Shown piece by piece: positions 27,384 to 41,320 of a DNA stretch of 64,000 nt (position 1 is its first letter; each line of letters opens with the position of its first letter). The notes under the pieces were generated by a model. That model was not told where the DNA came from. It did not search any database and saw only the letters and a list, made by a program, of their open reading frames with translations. The position numbers and the translations under genes were made by a program. This DNA is from the human T2T-CHM13v2.0 reference genome, Homo sapiens. The DNA is taken from assembly GCF_009914755.1 (NCBI RefSeq), contig NC_060947.1. The stretch is one strand, 5' to 3'.

Positions 27384-28982
27384 CTGTGAGAAGTATTGAA
27401 ACAGAGGTCAGACATTGCTCGAAAGACTTCAGTAAAGACTGCTTGGAGTGGCAAAGGAAAATAATGAGAAACTGTTCTTGCTTGTTGGTAGATTGACCTT
27501 CAGATCAAAATAGCACCATATTGAAGCCAAATAAAATTGTTTTATCTGACTTAAGTTTGGTTCACTGAAATAGCAAGGGAAAGTAATCTCAACATCGAAA
27601 GTCAATTTAGCGCCCCTTCAATATATTGGTCAAACTGTAGGAAATAAGGGGTGGGGGCAGAGGAGAAAAATGTAGAGTATAATTCATTCTGATAGTTAAT
27701 TCTACATGCTGTTTAAAATGTTTACATTAATATGAATGTTACTAACGTACATCAGTACCAATTCCATTGCCTAGAACATTTTAAATGCTTATTAATAGTT
27801 TGTAGAATGCATTTTTGGTTATCATACACATTGATTATTTTATGTTATACATTTTTAAATAAAATTATTTCAACTTGGTAATGAACGACTCTTTAATCAA
27901 ATAAGTGAAACAGCTTTTAAAATTACAATAAAAGGTTAACATAAAGTATGTATTAGTCCATATATATCTTTATGTTGAATGTTATTCAAATGCTAAAAAA
28001 CACACTACTCTTGTTTGATTTAAATTAGTGATTATGTTCAAATATTTGAGTTCCCATATTCATCACTGGAGACACTTCTTGGTTTAGAATCTCAATTACC
28101 TCCTGTTCATACTTTTGGCAGCGGGCCGGGGGCAACAGTTCATCCATCTTTGGAATAATACATTTTGTGAGCCAAGACATGAGAGGCCATCACCTCAATA
28201 CATGGGCATTACGAGATAGACAAGTCATATAATGGTGAGACAATCATTCCTTATCATATTCTCCGTCTCACAGAGCTCCTCTCATGACGATTGTAACGTT
28301 ACCTCTTGGGATGGTAATCATTATCCTTCTGGCAATCCAACTTATATGCAAGGTCTGTTTCCAAGGAAGTCACAAGAGGCCTGCATTGAAACTGCCTCTG
28401 GTTACAAGCAAAGGAGCAGGGATCTGGCTGGGTCAAGATTCATTTTAGCAATTTTCCTGAATTTGCCAAGAGGTAAGGGAAGGGTTTGTAGTAATCTCCC
28501 TGCCTCATACACGAGGACTGATTCCTTTCATGTGAGGAAATGGGAAAAGCCTCAGGATCTTCTTATTTCAGCTTCCAAATTGGCAATGAACAGTGAAGGA
28601 ATAAAATCTTTTCCATGATGTCTTAAGTAAAAATTGCTTTGACATACATAGCTTAAAAAGGCTACCTTTTGTTAAAGACATATCTTTACCTATGTGAGGG
28701 ACTGAAGGATTTCCATTTTGGTAGGCTAAAAGGATACTAAGAATTACAGTTTCTACATTTGCCAAGCACAGGTTTTATCTTCTCTAGGATCTCCATAGAT
28801 TCATTATTTAGAATGAATCACTGAACCTCAAACAACTTTAATTATAAGTCTGTTGACAAGTTATGTCAAGATGAAAGCAGAAAGCAACATAGCTCTAAAA
28901 AAAGCTTAAAATATAAACTCAAACATTGCACCCAACACAAAATGACCATTACGTGATAAAATTAGTTTTATTTCTAGTCAAA

Positions 28983-29153
28983 AAGAAAATGTAGTTTTTA
29001 GTAGGATTCCAAGAGCATTTACTTTGTAATTTGAATATTTTTTAACCATGAGAAAACTTGCTTTGCAAAGAAAATGCAGTTTTTAGTAGGATCCCAAGAT
29101 AATTTATTTTTTTATTTGAATATTTTTTTAACCATGAGCACACTTTCTTTGCA
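28983..29153. repeat. Two-copy tandem duplication, ~85-bp unit
   Basis: aagaaaatg(t/c)agtttttagtaggat(t/c)ccaaga...ttgaatatttttt(t)aaccatgag...ctttgca at 28983-29067 and 29068-29153. Confidence 0.92.
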
Positions 29154-31373
29154 TACAGTGGAGGCTAGAAGATAATATTTTGCAGATTAAGAAAATACCT
29201 AATTTTAAACATACAGACCAGAATGCAGAGATTCTGAAAATACCAAGCTAATTCATGCAGTTATATCCAATCTCATAGAACATTTGTGCTACTAAAAATT
29301 TGACTCTTAAATTAATTTCTGTAATATTAATATTTTCGTGGTATCTACTTATAAAATTGGATACATGTGCCCATGGAGGGTAAAGGGAAATGACAACATG
29401 ATATACTGTGAAGCGGCATTTGAAAATATACTCAACCTTTTAAGAAAGAAAAATGAATCATTTTTAATAAAAGAGTAGTAAGACATGAGTCTGTAATTGT
29501 TCTATATAATAATCACTACTACACTGTAATTGAAAAATACTACTTCATTTCCTTCGGGATGGAGAAATAAGAAAACTGTGCATTCACCCTGTAAATATAG
29601 GGTAGAACTCATTACATATAACAAATTAATAATCACTCTCAAAACCTACTTCATACAATCAGAATAAAAAACAATCAGTCATGTACTAAATTTCCTTATG
29701 GCTTATAGTTATTGACTATAACTATTATTGACACTTAATTATGTGTTAGAATCATTAGGAAATATAGACAGGAGAGGGACTACGAAGGCCATTTAACATG
29801 ACCTCCTGATTATTACAGAGCTCACTACTCCCTGAAACAGAAAGCTCCTTTCTTAGCATGCAAGCAAACTTTCCCCATTGGGAAAGATGTTCTTAACAAC
29901 CAGAGGAATCCTGCCTGATTAAGACTTCCTCTTGTTAAAACTTGTTTTGAGTTCTGAATGAAAGCAGAGTAAATTGAATATCATTTCTACCTGATATTCT
30001 AAGATTTGAAATCTAATAATCATGACCCTGATAAATATCATTTTCAAACTCTATAATGCCAGTTATTTGCTAGAAGTAGATATAACTTGATTCGTCATCC
30101 AAAACCAATGTTTCTTGGCTTTGGACACCATAGTCAATCAAAGAATTCTAAAACTGTGTAAGTTATTCAGCAGCTGAACCACAAGGTTTCTATAAAATTC
30201 TAATGTTTATTGAATATATATTCACTATAGGACATTCAGAAATGAGTAAAATAGAAACTCCATATTTAGGAACCTTACGGCAAAATAGGGACGATGATAA
30301 TCACACAAATAATTGTGAAGATGAATGCCACGTGAAAAATACCAGTATGCAAAATAATTACATACACCAAACATACAGTAATCAAGTAATTTTCTCTTTA
30401 AATGTTATGAAAACAGATTTCTCTCAGCTAGCATTTTAACATTTAGATTTAATTTGATGCTGAAGGCTAGATATAATATTTATCCTTGTTTATAGGGTCT
30501 TTCTAACAGTAACTTTTGGAAACAACCTCATGTCATAGATGATGGTTTAAGTACATTATGGTATATGAATGTGGATGGAGTATTATATTTCAAATATTTT
30601 AATGTCATTGGAAAACGTTTGCTTTACACTATTGAGTAAACAATGCTAGACATAAACATTGGTTGATTTTTGACAGAGAAAGTAGAGAAAATTTCTGTTG
30701 TACAGTGTATATTTCTGTATTCCTTTAGTTTCCAAAGTTCTTCTATAAGATATTATCTGCAAAATGTTGCATTTGTAAGCAAAGAAAAATTTTGAAAGTT
30801 TTGCCAAACTGTTTGTTTTAAATCTATCATTTCTATTTATATATTAAGATCTATGGAATCATACTCCTGTCACTCAATGCATTAGAATGAGGAAAACTTC
30901 AAGCATGATAAGAATAACGTAGTGCCTTCACTAAAATGTTTAATATGGCAGAGTCAAAACTAGAATAGAATATAGTTTGACCTATATTCAACAATCTTTG
31001 TATCTAGCTAACTATACTTTTACCCAGTCACCTTTCTTCATTTTGATTATGAGTCTATTTAAGACTCTAAAATGATATCATGAAAAGAAAATACATTTCT
31101 TTTTAAAATACTATTCATTTTAACTGCAAGTTAATTTCCCTAGTAAAAATGGGAAATAGTTTAGAAATACTTGTCTTTACATTTGGGAGCTGATTCCTCT
31201 TAGAGTGGTTATAAGTAGAGGCATTGGAGCCAGTCTCCACAATTATTAAACACCAGATCCATAGTTTATACACTGTGACATTTGGGGCTGGTTGGTTCTT
31301 ATCTCAAATCTATGCATTATTTTCTTCATCTTTAAAGTAAGAGTAACACATTTCTTCACAGGTGTGTTACAAG

Positions 31374-31545
31374 CAAGGACAGCTTCATGGGCTGGTAATT
31401 TATGCAGTTGCCCAGGGCCCCTGCTCAGGAGGCTTCCATGCTTGTTTTCAAGCTCTGCTTCCACTGTCTTGAAATTCTTAGGTCTTGAACAGGAAGCCCT
31501 TGTTTTCAGTTTGCACTGGGCCCACAAATTATGTAGCCAGTCCTG
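31374..31545. mobile_element. MER91A (hAT-Tip100) inside a MIR remnant
   Basis: caaggacagcttcatggg...tttgcactgggcccacaaattatgtagccagtcctg. Confidence 0.8.
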
Positions 31546-32013
31546 GTTTTGAGAATTAAATGATATAATATCTGAATAAAATAAGTGCTCTATAATGGTA
31601 AATATCAGCAGTAACCACTATCTTTTCTAAACGCTCAGGGAAATTTGAAGAATTTTTCTATACTCAACCTTCTTACTCATAAGATTACATATGTTAAAAA
31701 GATTTAAACTTTAAAATTTACATTTTCTCATTCTGAGAAAAATTGGAAGAGCATTTGCCAGCATCCTGATATTATTCCAGGGTGTGCCTCTTCTTGCAGT
31801 AAGATTGTGTTATTTTGATAGGCCTGGGAAAAACAAACTATGCTCAAGAAATGAAGTTCTTTCTTTCCATCTTCTCTTCCACTTGTTTAAAAAATGCACA
31901 TTTAAAAAAAGAAACATAAGTACATCAAAGCAAATTTAAAGAATACAAAAGGACATACAATAAAATAAAATACTTTTTTTCTACCACTGTCTCCAGTTTA
32001 TTAGGAATCACTA

Positions 32014-35000
32014 CAAGTCATGTATAACTTAACAACTGGGACACATTCTGAGAAATTCATCCTTAGACAATTTTGTCCTTGTACGAACGCCGTGGAGTGT
32101 ACTTACACAAACCTAGATGGTACAGACTACTATACGGCCAACCTATGTGGTACAGCTTATTGCTCCTAGCTACAAACCTGTACAGCATGTGACTATACTG
32201 AATAGTGTAGGCACAATGGTAAGTATTTGTGTATCCAAACATATCGAAAGGTACAATAAAAATATGATATAGAGAGTTGGGCATAAAACAATCTTTAGAA
32301 AATTTTTTTAAAACCCACAAAATTATACCAACAACACTCTTGGACCACAGTGCAATAAAAATAGAAATCAATGTTAAGCAAATTGCTCAAAACCATACAT
32401 TAAAATGGAAATCAAACAAACTGCTCCTGAATGACCTCTGGGTAAACAATAAAATTAAGGCAGAAATCAAGAAATTATTTGAAACTAATGAAAATTTAAA
32501 AAGATGTAACATACCAGAATCTCTGGGACACACACAAAGCAGCGTTAAGAGGCAAGCTTATGGCACGAAACACCCATATCAAAAAGTTAGAAGGATCTCT
32601 AATTACAAAACGAACATCACAAGGAACGAGAAACAATAGCAAACTAACCCCAAAGCTAGAAGACAGGAAATAACCAAAATCGGAGCTGAACTGAAGGAAA
32701 ATGAGATGCAAAAAAGCACAGAAAAGGTCAATGAATCTAGGAGCTGTTTCTTTGAAATAATTAATAATAAAGATAGACCACTACCTAGAATAATAAAGAA
32801 AAAAAGAGAGAAGACTCAAATAAACACAATAAAAAATGACAAAGGGGATGTTACCATTGACCCCACAGAAATAGAGAAAACCCTTAGAGACTATTCATAA
32901 TGAACACCCCTATGCACACAAGCTAGAAAACCTAGAAGCAATGGATAAATTGCTAGAAACTTACAACTTTCCAAGTTTGAACCAGGAAGAAATGGAATCA
33001 TTGAACAGACCAATAATGAGTTCCGAAATTAAATTAGGAACAAAAAGCCCACCAACCAGAAAAAGCCCAGGACCAGACAGATTCACACCTGAATACTAAC
33101 AGATATAGAAGGAAAAGCTGGTATCATTCCTATGAAACCACTCCCAAAAATTGAGGAGCGGCTCCTTCCTAACTCATTCTATGAGGGAAGCATTGTCCTG
33201 ATACCAAAACCTGGCAGACACACAACAACCAAAAAAGAAAACTTCAGGCCAATGTCCCTAATGAACATAGATGCAAAAATAGTCAACAGAATACCAGCAA
33301 ACCCAATCCAGCAGCACATCAAAAAGCTAATCCACCATGATCAAGGAGCTTCTATCCCAGGGTTGCGAGGTTGATTCAACATACACAAGTCAATAAATGT
33401 GATTCACCACATAAACAGAACAAAAAATCAAAAACCACATGATCATTTCAGTAGATATAGAAAAGGCATCCTATAAAATTCAACACCCTTTCATGTTAAA
33501 AATCCTCGACAAACTAGGCACTGAAGGAACATATTTCAAAGTAATTAGAACCATCTTTAAAAAGTCCACAGCCAACATTATACTGAATGTGCAAAAGCCA
33601 GAAGCATTGTGCTTGAAAACTGGCATAAGACAAGGGGGCCCTCTCTTACAAATCTCATTGAACATAGTACTAGAAATCCTAGCCAAAGCAATCAGGAAAG
33701 AGAAATAAAGGCAATCCAAATAGGAAGAGAGGAAGTCAAATTATCCCTGTTTGCAGACGATGAGGTTCTATACTTTGGCAATAGTCTCTGCCCAAAAGCT
33801 CATTGATCTGATACACAACCTCAGCAAAGTTTCAGCATCCAAAATCAATGTATAAATATCACTAGTGTTCCTACACACCAACAACATTTAAGCTAAGGCC
33901 AAATGAAGAACACAGTCCCATTCATAATTGTCAAAAAGAAATAAGATACCTAGGAATACAGCTAAGCAAGGAGGTGAAACACTGCTAAACTGAGAATTAC
34001 AAAATATTGCTCAAGTAACTCAGAGATAACACACAAAAAATGGAAAAATATTCTATGCTCATGGAAGAATCAATATTGACAGAATGGCCATAATGCCTAA
34101 AGCACTTTTTAATTCAATGCTATTCCCAAAAAACTACCAATAACATTCTTCACTGAATAAGAAAAAGACTATTTAAAAATTCAGTTGGAGCCACTAAAAG
34201 AGCCAGAATAGCCAAGGTAATCCTAAGCAAAAAGAAAAAAGCTGGAACCATCCCATTGCCTGACTGCAAACTATACTACAAGGATATAGTAACCAAAACA
34301 GCATGGTACAAAAAACAGACACATAAACCAATGGAAAAGAATAGAGAGTCGAGAAATAAGGCTGCACACCTACAACCATCTGTTCTTCAATGAAATCAAC
34401 AAAAACAAGCAATGGGAAAAGGACTGCCTATTCATTGGACCCCTTCCTTACACCATATACAAAAATTAACCCGAGGTGGATTAAAGACTTAAATCTAAAA
34501 CCAACAACTATAAAAACCTAAGAAGATAACCCAGGTAATGCCACTCTGGACATTGAAACTGCAAAGACTTCATAACAAAGACACCAAAAACAATTGAAAC
34601 AAAAACAAAAATTGAAAACTGGGACCTAATTAAACTAAAGAACTTCTACACAACAAAAGAAACTATCAACAGAGTAAACAGACAACCTGCAGAATGGGAG
34701 AAAAATTTTGCAAACTTTCCATCTGACAAGGGTCTAATATCTGGAATCTACAAGGAACTTAAATTTACAAGCAAAAACCAAACATCACCATTAAAAAGTG
34801 GGCAAAGGACATGAACCCTTTCCAGAAAAAGACATACATACAGAAAACATTCATATGAAAAAATGCTGAACATCAATAATCATTAGAGAAGTGCAGATCA
34901 AAACCACAATAAGATACCATTTGACACCAGTGAGAATGGCTATTATTAAAAAGTCAAAAAATCACAGATGCTGGCAAGGTTGCACAGAAAAGGGAACGTT

Positions 35001-35708
35001 TATTGCACTGCTGATATTAATGTAAATTAGTTCAGCCACCGTGGAAAGCAGTTTGGTGATTTCCCAAACAACGAAAACCAGAATTACCATTCGACCCAGC
35101 AATAACAATTATTGGGTATACCAAGAAGAATATAAATCCCTCAACCCTAAAGACACATGCACATGTATGTTTTATTGAAGCATTATTCACAATAGCAAAC
35201 ACATGGAATCAGCCTAAATGCCCATCAGTGGTAGACTGGATAAGGAAAATGTGGTACATATACACTGTGGAATTCTATGCAGCCATGAAAAAAGAGATTG
35301 TGTCCTTTGCAGCAAACATGGATGGAGCTGGAGGCCATTATCCTAAGCAAACTAACACAATAACACAAAATATCACATTTTCTCACTTCTAAGTGGGAGA
35401 TAAACATTGAGAACACACGGACTCAAAGAAGGGGGCAACAGACACGGTGGTCTATGTGAGGCTGGAGGGTAAGAGGAGGGTGAGGATTAAAAAAACTACT
35501 TATTGGGTACTATGCTTATTACCTGGGTGATGAAATAATCTGTACAACAAACCCCTGTGACATGCAATTTATCTATATGACAAACCACCACATGTACCTC
35601 TGAAGCAAAAATAAAAGTAAAAAATAATATAGTATAATAATATTATGAGACCACTGTCATATATGTGGTTCATTGTTGACTGAAATGTTGTTATGCAGCA
35701 TATGACTG
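32014..35708. mobile_element. Tigger3a-type MITE split by an L1 (arms 32014-32272 and ~35625-35708)
   Basis: TA-flanked caagtcatg...atgactg termini. Internal gtgtacttacacaaacctagatggta and ctacaaacctgtacagcatg. Confidence 0.85.
32275..35622 (+). mobile_element. 5'-truncated primate L1 (older L1PA/L1PB), decayed ORF2 plus 3'UTR
   Basis: ORF remnants LLDHSAIKIEI (endonuclease end), [29 protein letters not shown] and SLFADD (RT), with many stops and frameshifts. TSD-like AAAATATGATATAG / AAAATAATATAG. Confidence 0.95.
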
Positions 35709-35945
35709 TAGTTGCAATTACGAACTATTCAGCTATTCTTTAATTTTAAATTCATTTTGTTTATGCTGTTATTTTATGATATGGTTTGGCTCTCTGTCCC
35801 CACCCAAATCCTCATGTTGAATTCTGTCTTCAGTGTTGGAGGAAGGGCCTGGTGGGAGGGGACTGAATCATGGGTGTGGACCTCCCCCTTGCTGCTCTCC
35901 TGATAAGAGTTCTCATGAGATTTGTTTGTTTGAAAGTGTGTGGCA

Positions 35946-36876
35946 ACCCTTGCCAGATCGTGGCCAGTCTGCTTCTTTAAGTGGGACCCTGATCCATCCT
36001 CCTAACTGGGTGGGACCTCCCTGAGGGGGCTTCAGCCATTCCACCCAGGATTCAATGGATAGAGCTCTGATCTCTCCCTGGGACAGAGCTTCTGGGAGGA
36101 AGACCAGCTGCCACCTCTGCAGTTCTTTGAAACTAATGAGAACAAAGAGACAATTTATCAGAATCTCTGGGACGCAGCTAAAGCAGTGTTAAGAGGGAAA
36201 TTTATAGCACTAAATGCTCACATCAAATAGCTAGAAAGATCTTAACAGCCTAACATCTCAAATAAAAAAACTAGCAAACCAAGAGCAAACAAACAAGAAA
36301 TAACCAAGATCAGAGCTGAACTGAAGGAGATAAAGACATGAAAAACCCTCCAAAAAACTAAATGAATCCAGGAGCTGGTTTTTGGAAAAAAATAAAAATA
36401 AAAAAGGTAGACTTCTAGTTAGACTAATAAGGAAGAAAAGAGAGAAGAATCAAATAAACACAATGAAAAATTTGAAGAGGAATATCACCAATAATTCTAC
36501 AGAAATACAAACAACCATCAGGGAATACTATAAACACCTCTATGCACATAAACTAGAAAACCTAGAGGAAATGGATAAATTATTGAACACATTTCTCCCC
36601 TCTAAGACTGAACCATAAAGGAAATGAATTGCTGAATAGATCAATAATGCGTTCTGAAATTGAGGCAATAATAAATATCCCACCAACCAACAAAAGCCCA
36701 GGTCCAGATGGAATCATAGCTGAATTCTACTAGCGGTACAAAGAAGAGCTGGTATCATTTCCACTGAAACTATTCCAAAAAAATTGAAAAGAAGGGATTT
36801 CTCCCAAACTTATATTATGAGGTCAGCATCACCCTGATGCCAAAACCTGGGAGGGAGGGAGGGAGGGAGGGAGGGG

Positions 36877-36919
<43 letters not shown>

Positions 36920-36922
36920 AAA

Positions 36923-36996
<74 letters not shown>

Positions 36997-38686
36997 GGAG
37001 AGAGAAAGAAAGAGAGAGAGAGAGAGAGAAAGAAAGAGAGAAAGAAAGAAAAGCAAACTTCAGGCTAATATCATTGATGAACACTGATGCAACAATTCTC
37101 AATACCAGCAAACCAAATCCAGTAGCATATCAAAAAGCTTATCCACCACAATCAAGTTTGCTTCATCCCTAGCATGCAAGGTTAGTTTAACACATGCAAA
37201 TCAATACATGTGATTCATCACATAAACAGAACTAAAGACAAAAACCACATGACTATCTCAATAGACAACCAAAAGGTATTTAATAAAATTCAACATCCCT
37301 TCATGTTAAAAATTCTCAATAAACTAGGTATCGAAGGAACATACCTCAAAATAATAAGAGCCATAAATTATAAACCCACATCCAAATGGGCAAAAGCTAG
37401 AAGCATTCCCCCTGAAAACTGGCCCAAGATAAGGATGCCATCTCTCACCACTCCTTTTCAACATAGTATTGGAAGTTCTGACCAGGGCAATCAGGGAAGA
37501 GAAAGAAATAAAGGGTATTCACATAGGAAGAGAGGAAGTCAAATTATTTTTGTATTCAGATGACATGAACCTATATCCAGAAAACCCCCATTGTCTCAGC
37601 CCAAAAGCTAAGACTTCAAACTATACTACAAGGTTACAGTCACCAGAAAAGCAGGGTACTGGTACAAGAACAGACACATAGACCAATGAAACAGAATAGA
37701 GAACTCAGAAATAAGACCACGCACCTACAACCATCTGATCTTCGACAAACCTGAAAAAACAAGCAATGGGGAAAGGACTGCCTATTTAATACATAGTGCT
37801 GGGATAGTCCTATGCAGAAAATTGAAAGTGGACTTCTTCCTTACAATCTATACAAAAATTAACTCAAGATGGATTAAAGACTTAAATGCAAAACCCCAAA
37901 CAATAAAAACCTTAGAAGAAAACCTAGGTAATAAGATTCAGGACATAGGCATGGGCAAAGGTTTCATGAGGAAAATGGCAAAAGCAACTGCAACAAAAGC
38001 AAAAACTGACAAAGGGGATCTAATTAAACTAAAGAACTTCTGCACAGCAAAATAAACTACCGTCAGAGTAAATAAACAGCCTACAGAATGGGAGAAAAGT
38101 TTTGCCATCTATCCATCTGACAATGGTCCAGAGTCTACAAGGAACTTAAACAAATTTACAAGAAAAAAACAAATAACCTCATTAAAAAGTGGGCAAAGCA
38201 CATAAACAAACACTTCTCAAAAGAAGACATACATGTGACCTAAAACGATATGAAAGAAAACTCAACATCATTGATCATGAGAGAAATGCACATCAAAACC
38301 ACAATGAGATAACATCTCACGCCAGTCAGAATGGTTACTATTAAAAAGTCAAAGAACAATAGATGCTGGTGAGGTTGTGGAGAAAAGGGAACACTTTTAC
38401 ACTCTTGGTGGGAGTGTAAATTAGTTCAACCCTTGTGGAAGACAATGCGGAGATTTCTCAAAGACTTAGAGGCAGAAAAACCATTTAAGCCAGCAATCCC
38501 ATTACTGGGTATATACCCAAATATAAATCATTCTATTATAAAGATACATGCATGTGTATCATTGCAACACTATACACAATAGCAAAGACATGGAATCAAC
38601 CTTAATGCTCATCAATGATAGACAAGATAAAGAAAATGTGGTACATTTACACCAAGGAATACTATAATGCCACAAACACGAACGAG
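35946..38686 (+). mobile_element. Internally deleted L1PA-type element (5'UTR-like piece joined to ORF2, no 3'UTR or tail)
   Basis: GC-rich 35946-36121 then ttctttgaaactaatgagaac. ORF2 remnants [17 protein letters not shown] and [11 protein letters not shown]. Confidence 0.9.
36849..37053. repeat. Compound purine microsatellite (GGGA)n-(GA)n-(GAAA)n
   Basis: 205 consecutive purines on the + strand inside L1 ORF2. Confidence 0.98.
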
Positions 38687-39944
38687 TCAAACTTCTTTTC
38701 TTCATAAATCACTCAGTTTCAGGTATGTCTTTATAGCAGTGTAAGAACAGGCTAATAAATTTTCCTTTTATTTTTGACTGATATTCTTAATTGAAACTTT
38801 TAACTTTCCATTTAATTATTTACATATTATTGCCTTTGTAACTTTTTTGTTATGCTGGGATAAGAGATTTCAACTTCTTGCCTTTTGAGATATTCTAGTA
38901 TTTGAATATTTAGATACTTACTAGAAAGATTCAAGCTATAAAGTATTAGTTACTAATTTAGCATAAAATCTTTATTTTGCAAATACTAATACTTGCAATA
39001 ACAGGTACCAGTTATGAAGCTTTCTGCATGATCCAGGCATTACAATAAGTGTTTTGAATTGATTATCTTATTCAAAAGATCTAGAAAAACTCCCTTGCTA
39101 TGTTGTAAAGCTTTAATAAATGGTAGCTATTATGACCTCACAATGGCCCTAAGAGTAAGTACTAATATTATTCCTATTTTATAGATGAAAGTGACCTTGT
39201 TGAGGCAGATAAAACTTTTTAGTAGCAAAGCATAGATATAAATCCAAGTCTGAATGTTCATTCATCCAACTCTTATCAGCTATGCTCACTTGCTCCTACA
39301 CTTGTACACTTTTTTGAATGGTGGTTTCCTTTTAAGGGGTGTGTATTTGTATGCATACACACACATATATAAATTCAGAATACTGAAATTGTAAACAATG
39401 GCACATCATAACTATTATATAGGAAGAATTACTCAATGTTAAATATGTTTGGCTCTTGACATGCTATATTGAAATCTGTGCAAAATTAGTCAAAATACAC
39501 TACACACACACAATCAGGTTGACAACTGTGGATCAAGGCTTTTCATTGCGTTGTCTGTCTATGTATATGTAACCCTTTGGAGTGATCAATAAGTTTTAAT
39601 GGGCATGGAGGAATTGCACTTCTGCAGTTTAAAACATACTGCATAATCATAGCAACAGCTTTAGATAATAATTGATAGCCATGCTTAAAAACCAACTCCA
39701 CAGGCATGGTAGCACAAGGCACAAAAATCTGGTAAAGATTTGCATCTCTAAGCAAAAGAAAATATTTATATGTTGAACTTTGGGAGAATCCTTGGGCAAA
39801 AGATCAGATGGTCACAAAGGAAGCTGAGTTACTAATCACAAGGATGTAAAATGCTTTATCTTATGAAGTATAGAGGACTTCCCATAGCTGAATGTAGCAT
39901 ACAATGAGTGCCAAAGTTCAGGACAGTAGCCTGGTAACTAAAAT

Positions 39945-40030
39945 TTACTATTAATTACTGTAATTAATTTATTATTACAATAATTTAATAATAATTTAAT
40001 TTATATTAATAATTAATTTATTACTGTAAG
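39945..40030. repeat. AT-rich low-complexity tract
   Basis: taattaatttattattacaataatttaatataatttaatttatattaataattaatttatta. Confidence 0.75.
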
Positions 40031-40930
40031 GTAATAAAATTTCTTGAATAAGTACTGACATTGAAATCATGAGCAAAATTATTGTCAAATACTTAGAAGG
40101 CATCATAAGTCATTTGTTTCTTCGAAATAAATATTATATGATAATTAAGAAGGTTTATTCTGTAAAACTGTCTGTCCAATTTAATGTATTTTGTTCCTCA
40201 TTTTAAATTGTCTTTAGTACAAATTGTATCAGAAAGAAGAGATGTATGTTGTCTTCTGGATTCATATTAAATACAGAATTTGAGCAACTGTGTGAATTAA
40301 CTGCACCTGCAAAAATTGCAAAGCAATGAGATTTAATTTTTCTGATCCATCTGGCCTTCCTCTACATACCATCTAACACTGAAGTAATGAAACACATTCT
40401 ATAATTAGGGATGGATATTATCAAGTATAGGCTTAGGAAAAAGACTTGTATTTGTCTTTATGTGTTATTTCATTTTTTTGTCAGGAGATAATAGGCGTAT
40501 CATACAGATGCTGAGCATTTTGTCTGTATGGTATTTTAATGACATACTCAGTGAATACAGTGTACTAATTTCATAATTAAGTCTCCTTTGAATAGGGATA
40601 GGATGTTATTATCATTATTTTTTAGCTGCCTTTCCACTGGCAAAAGTAGGAATCTTCTTCACTAAGTACTCCAGAGTTTCACATAAAAGCAAAGAGAAAC
40701 ATATCAAAGACATTTAGAACTCGATGGCCACTATAGAAATCTGCCTAGCTTACCTTTCCTTTAAATTTATAAATAAAGAATGAGAGATTCCAAGAGTTAA
40801 CTCAGACTGAATGTATTAAATTTTTTAGTGCTTACATTTTATATTGTTACAGACAATGCATTTACAAGGTAAAACCTATTGCACTGATATACAAGGCCCA
40901 TTCTCAAATACCTATTATAGTTGGAGGTAG

Positions 40931-41320
<390 letters not shown>

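Larger units (their letters stand above)
35777..38759 (+). mobile_element. THE1D/MSTA-type LTR in two pieces (35777-35945 and 38684-38759) around an L1
   Basis: tgatatggtttggctctctgtccccacccaaatc...gtgtgtggca, resumes gagtcaaacttcttttcttcataaat...gaacaggctaataaa. Confidence 0.85.

Noticed and set aside
28983-29153. Direct repeats considered as CRISPR-like
   Set aside because: Only two abutting copies with no spacers, in a mammalian intron.
36815-37172. Charged (RE/RK) and L/S/F-rich ORFs
   Set aside because: Artefacts of the purine microsatellite.
32277-38055. Cluster of endonuclease/RT-like ORFs that could suggest a novel retro-system
   Set aside because: Fragmented L1 ORF2 with many stops and frameshifts; not coding-competent.
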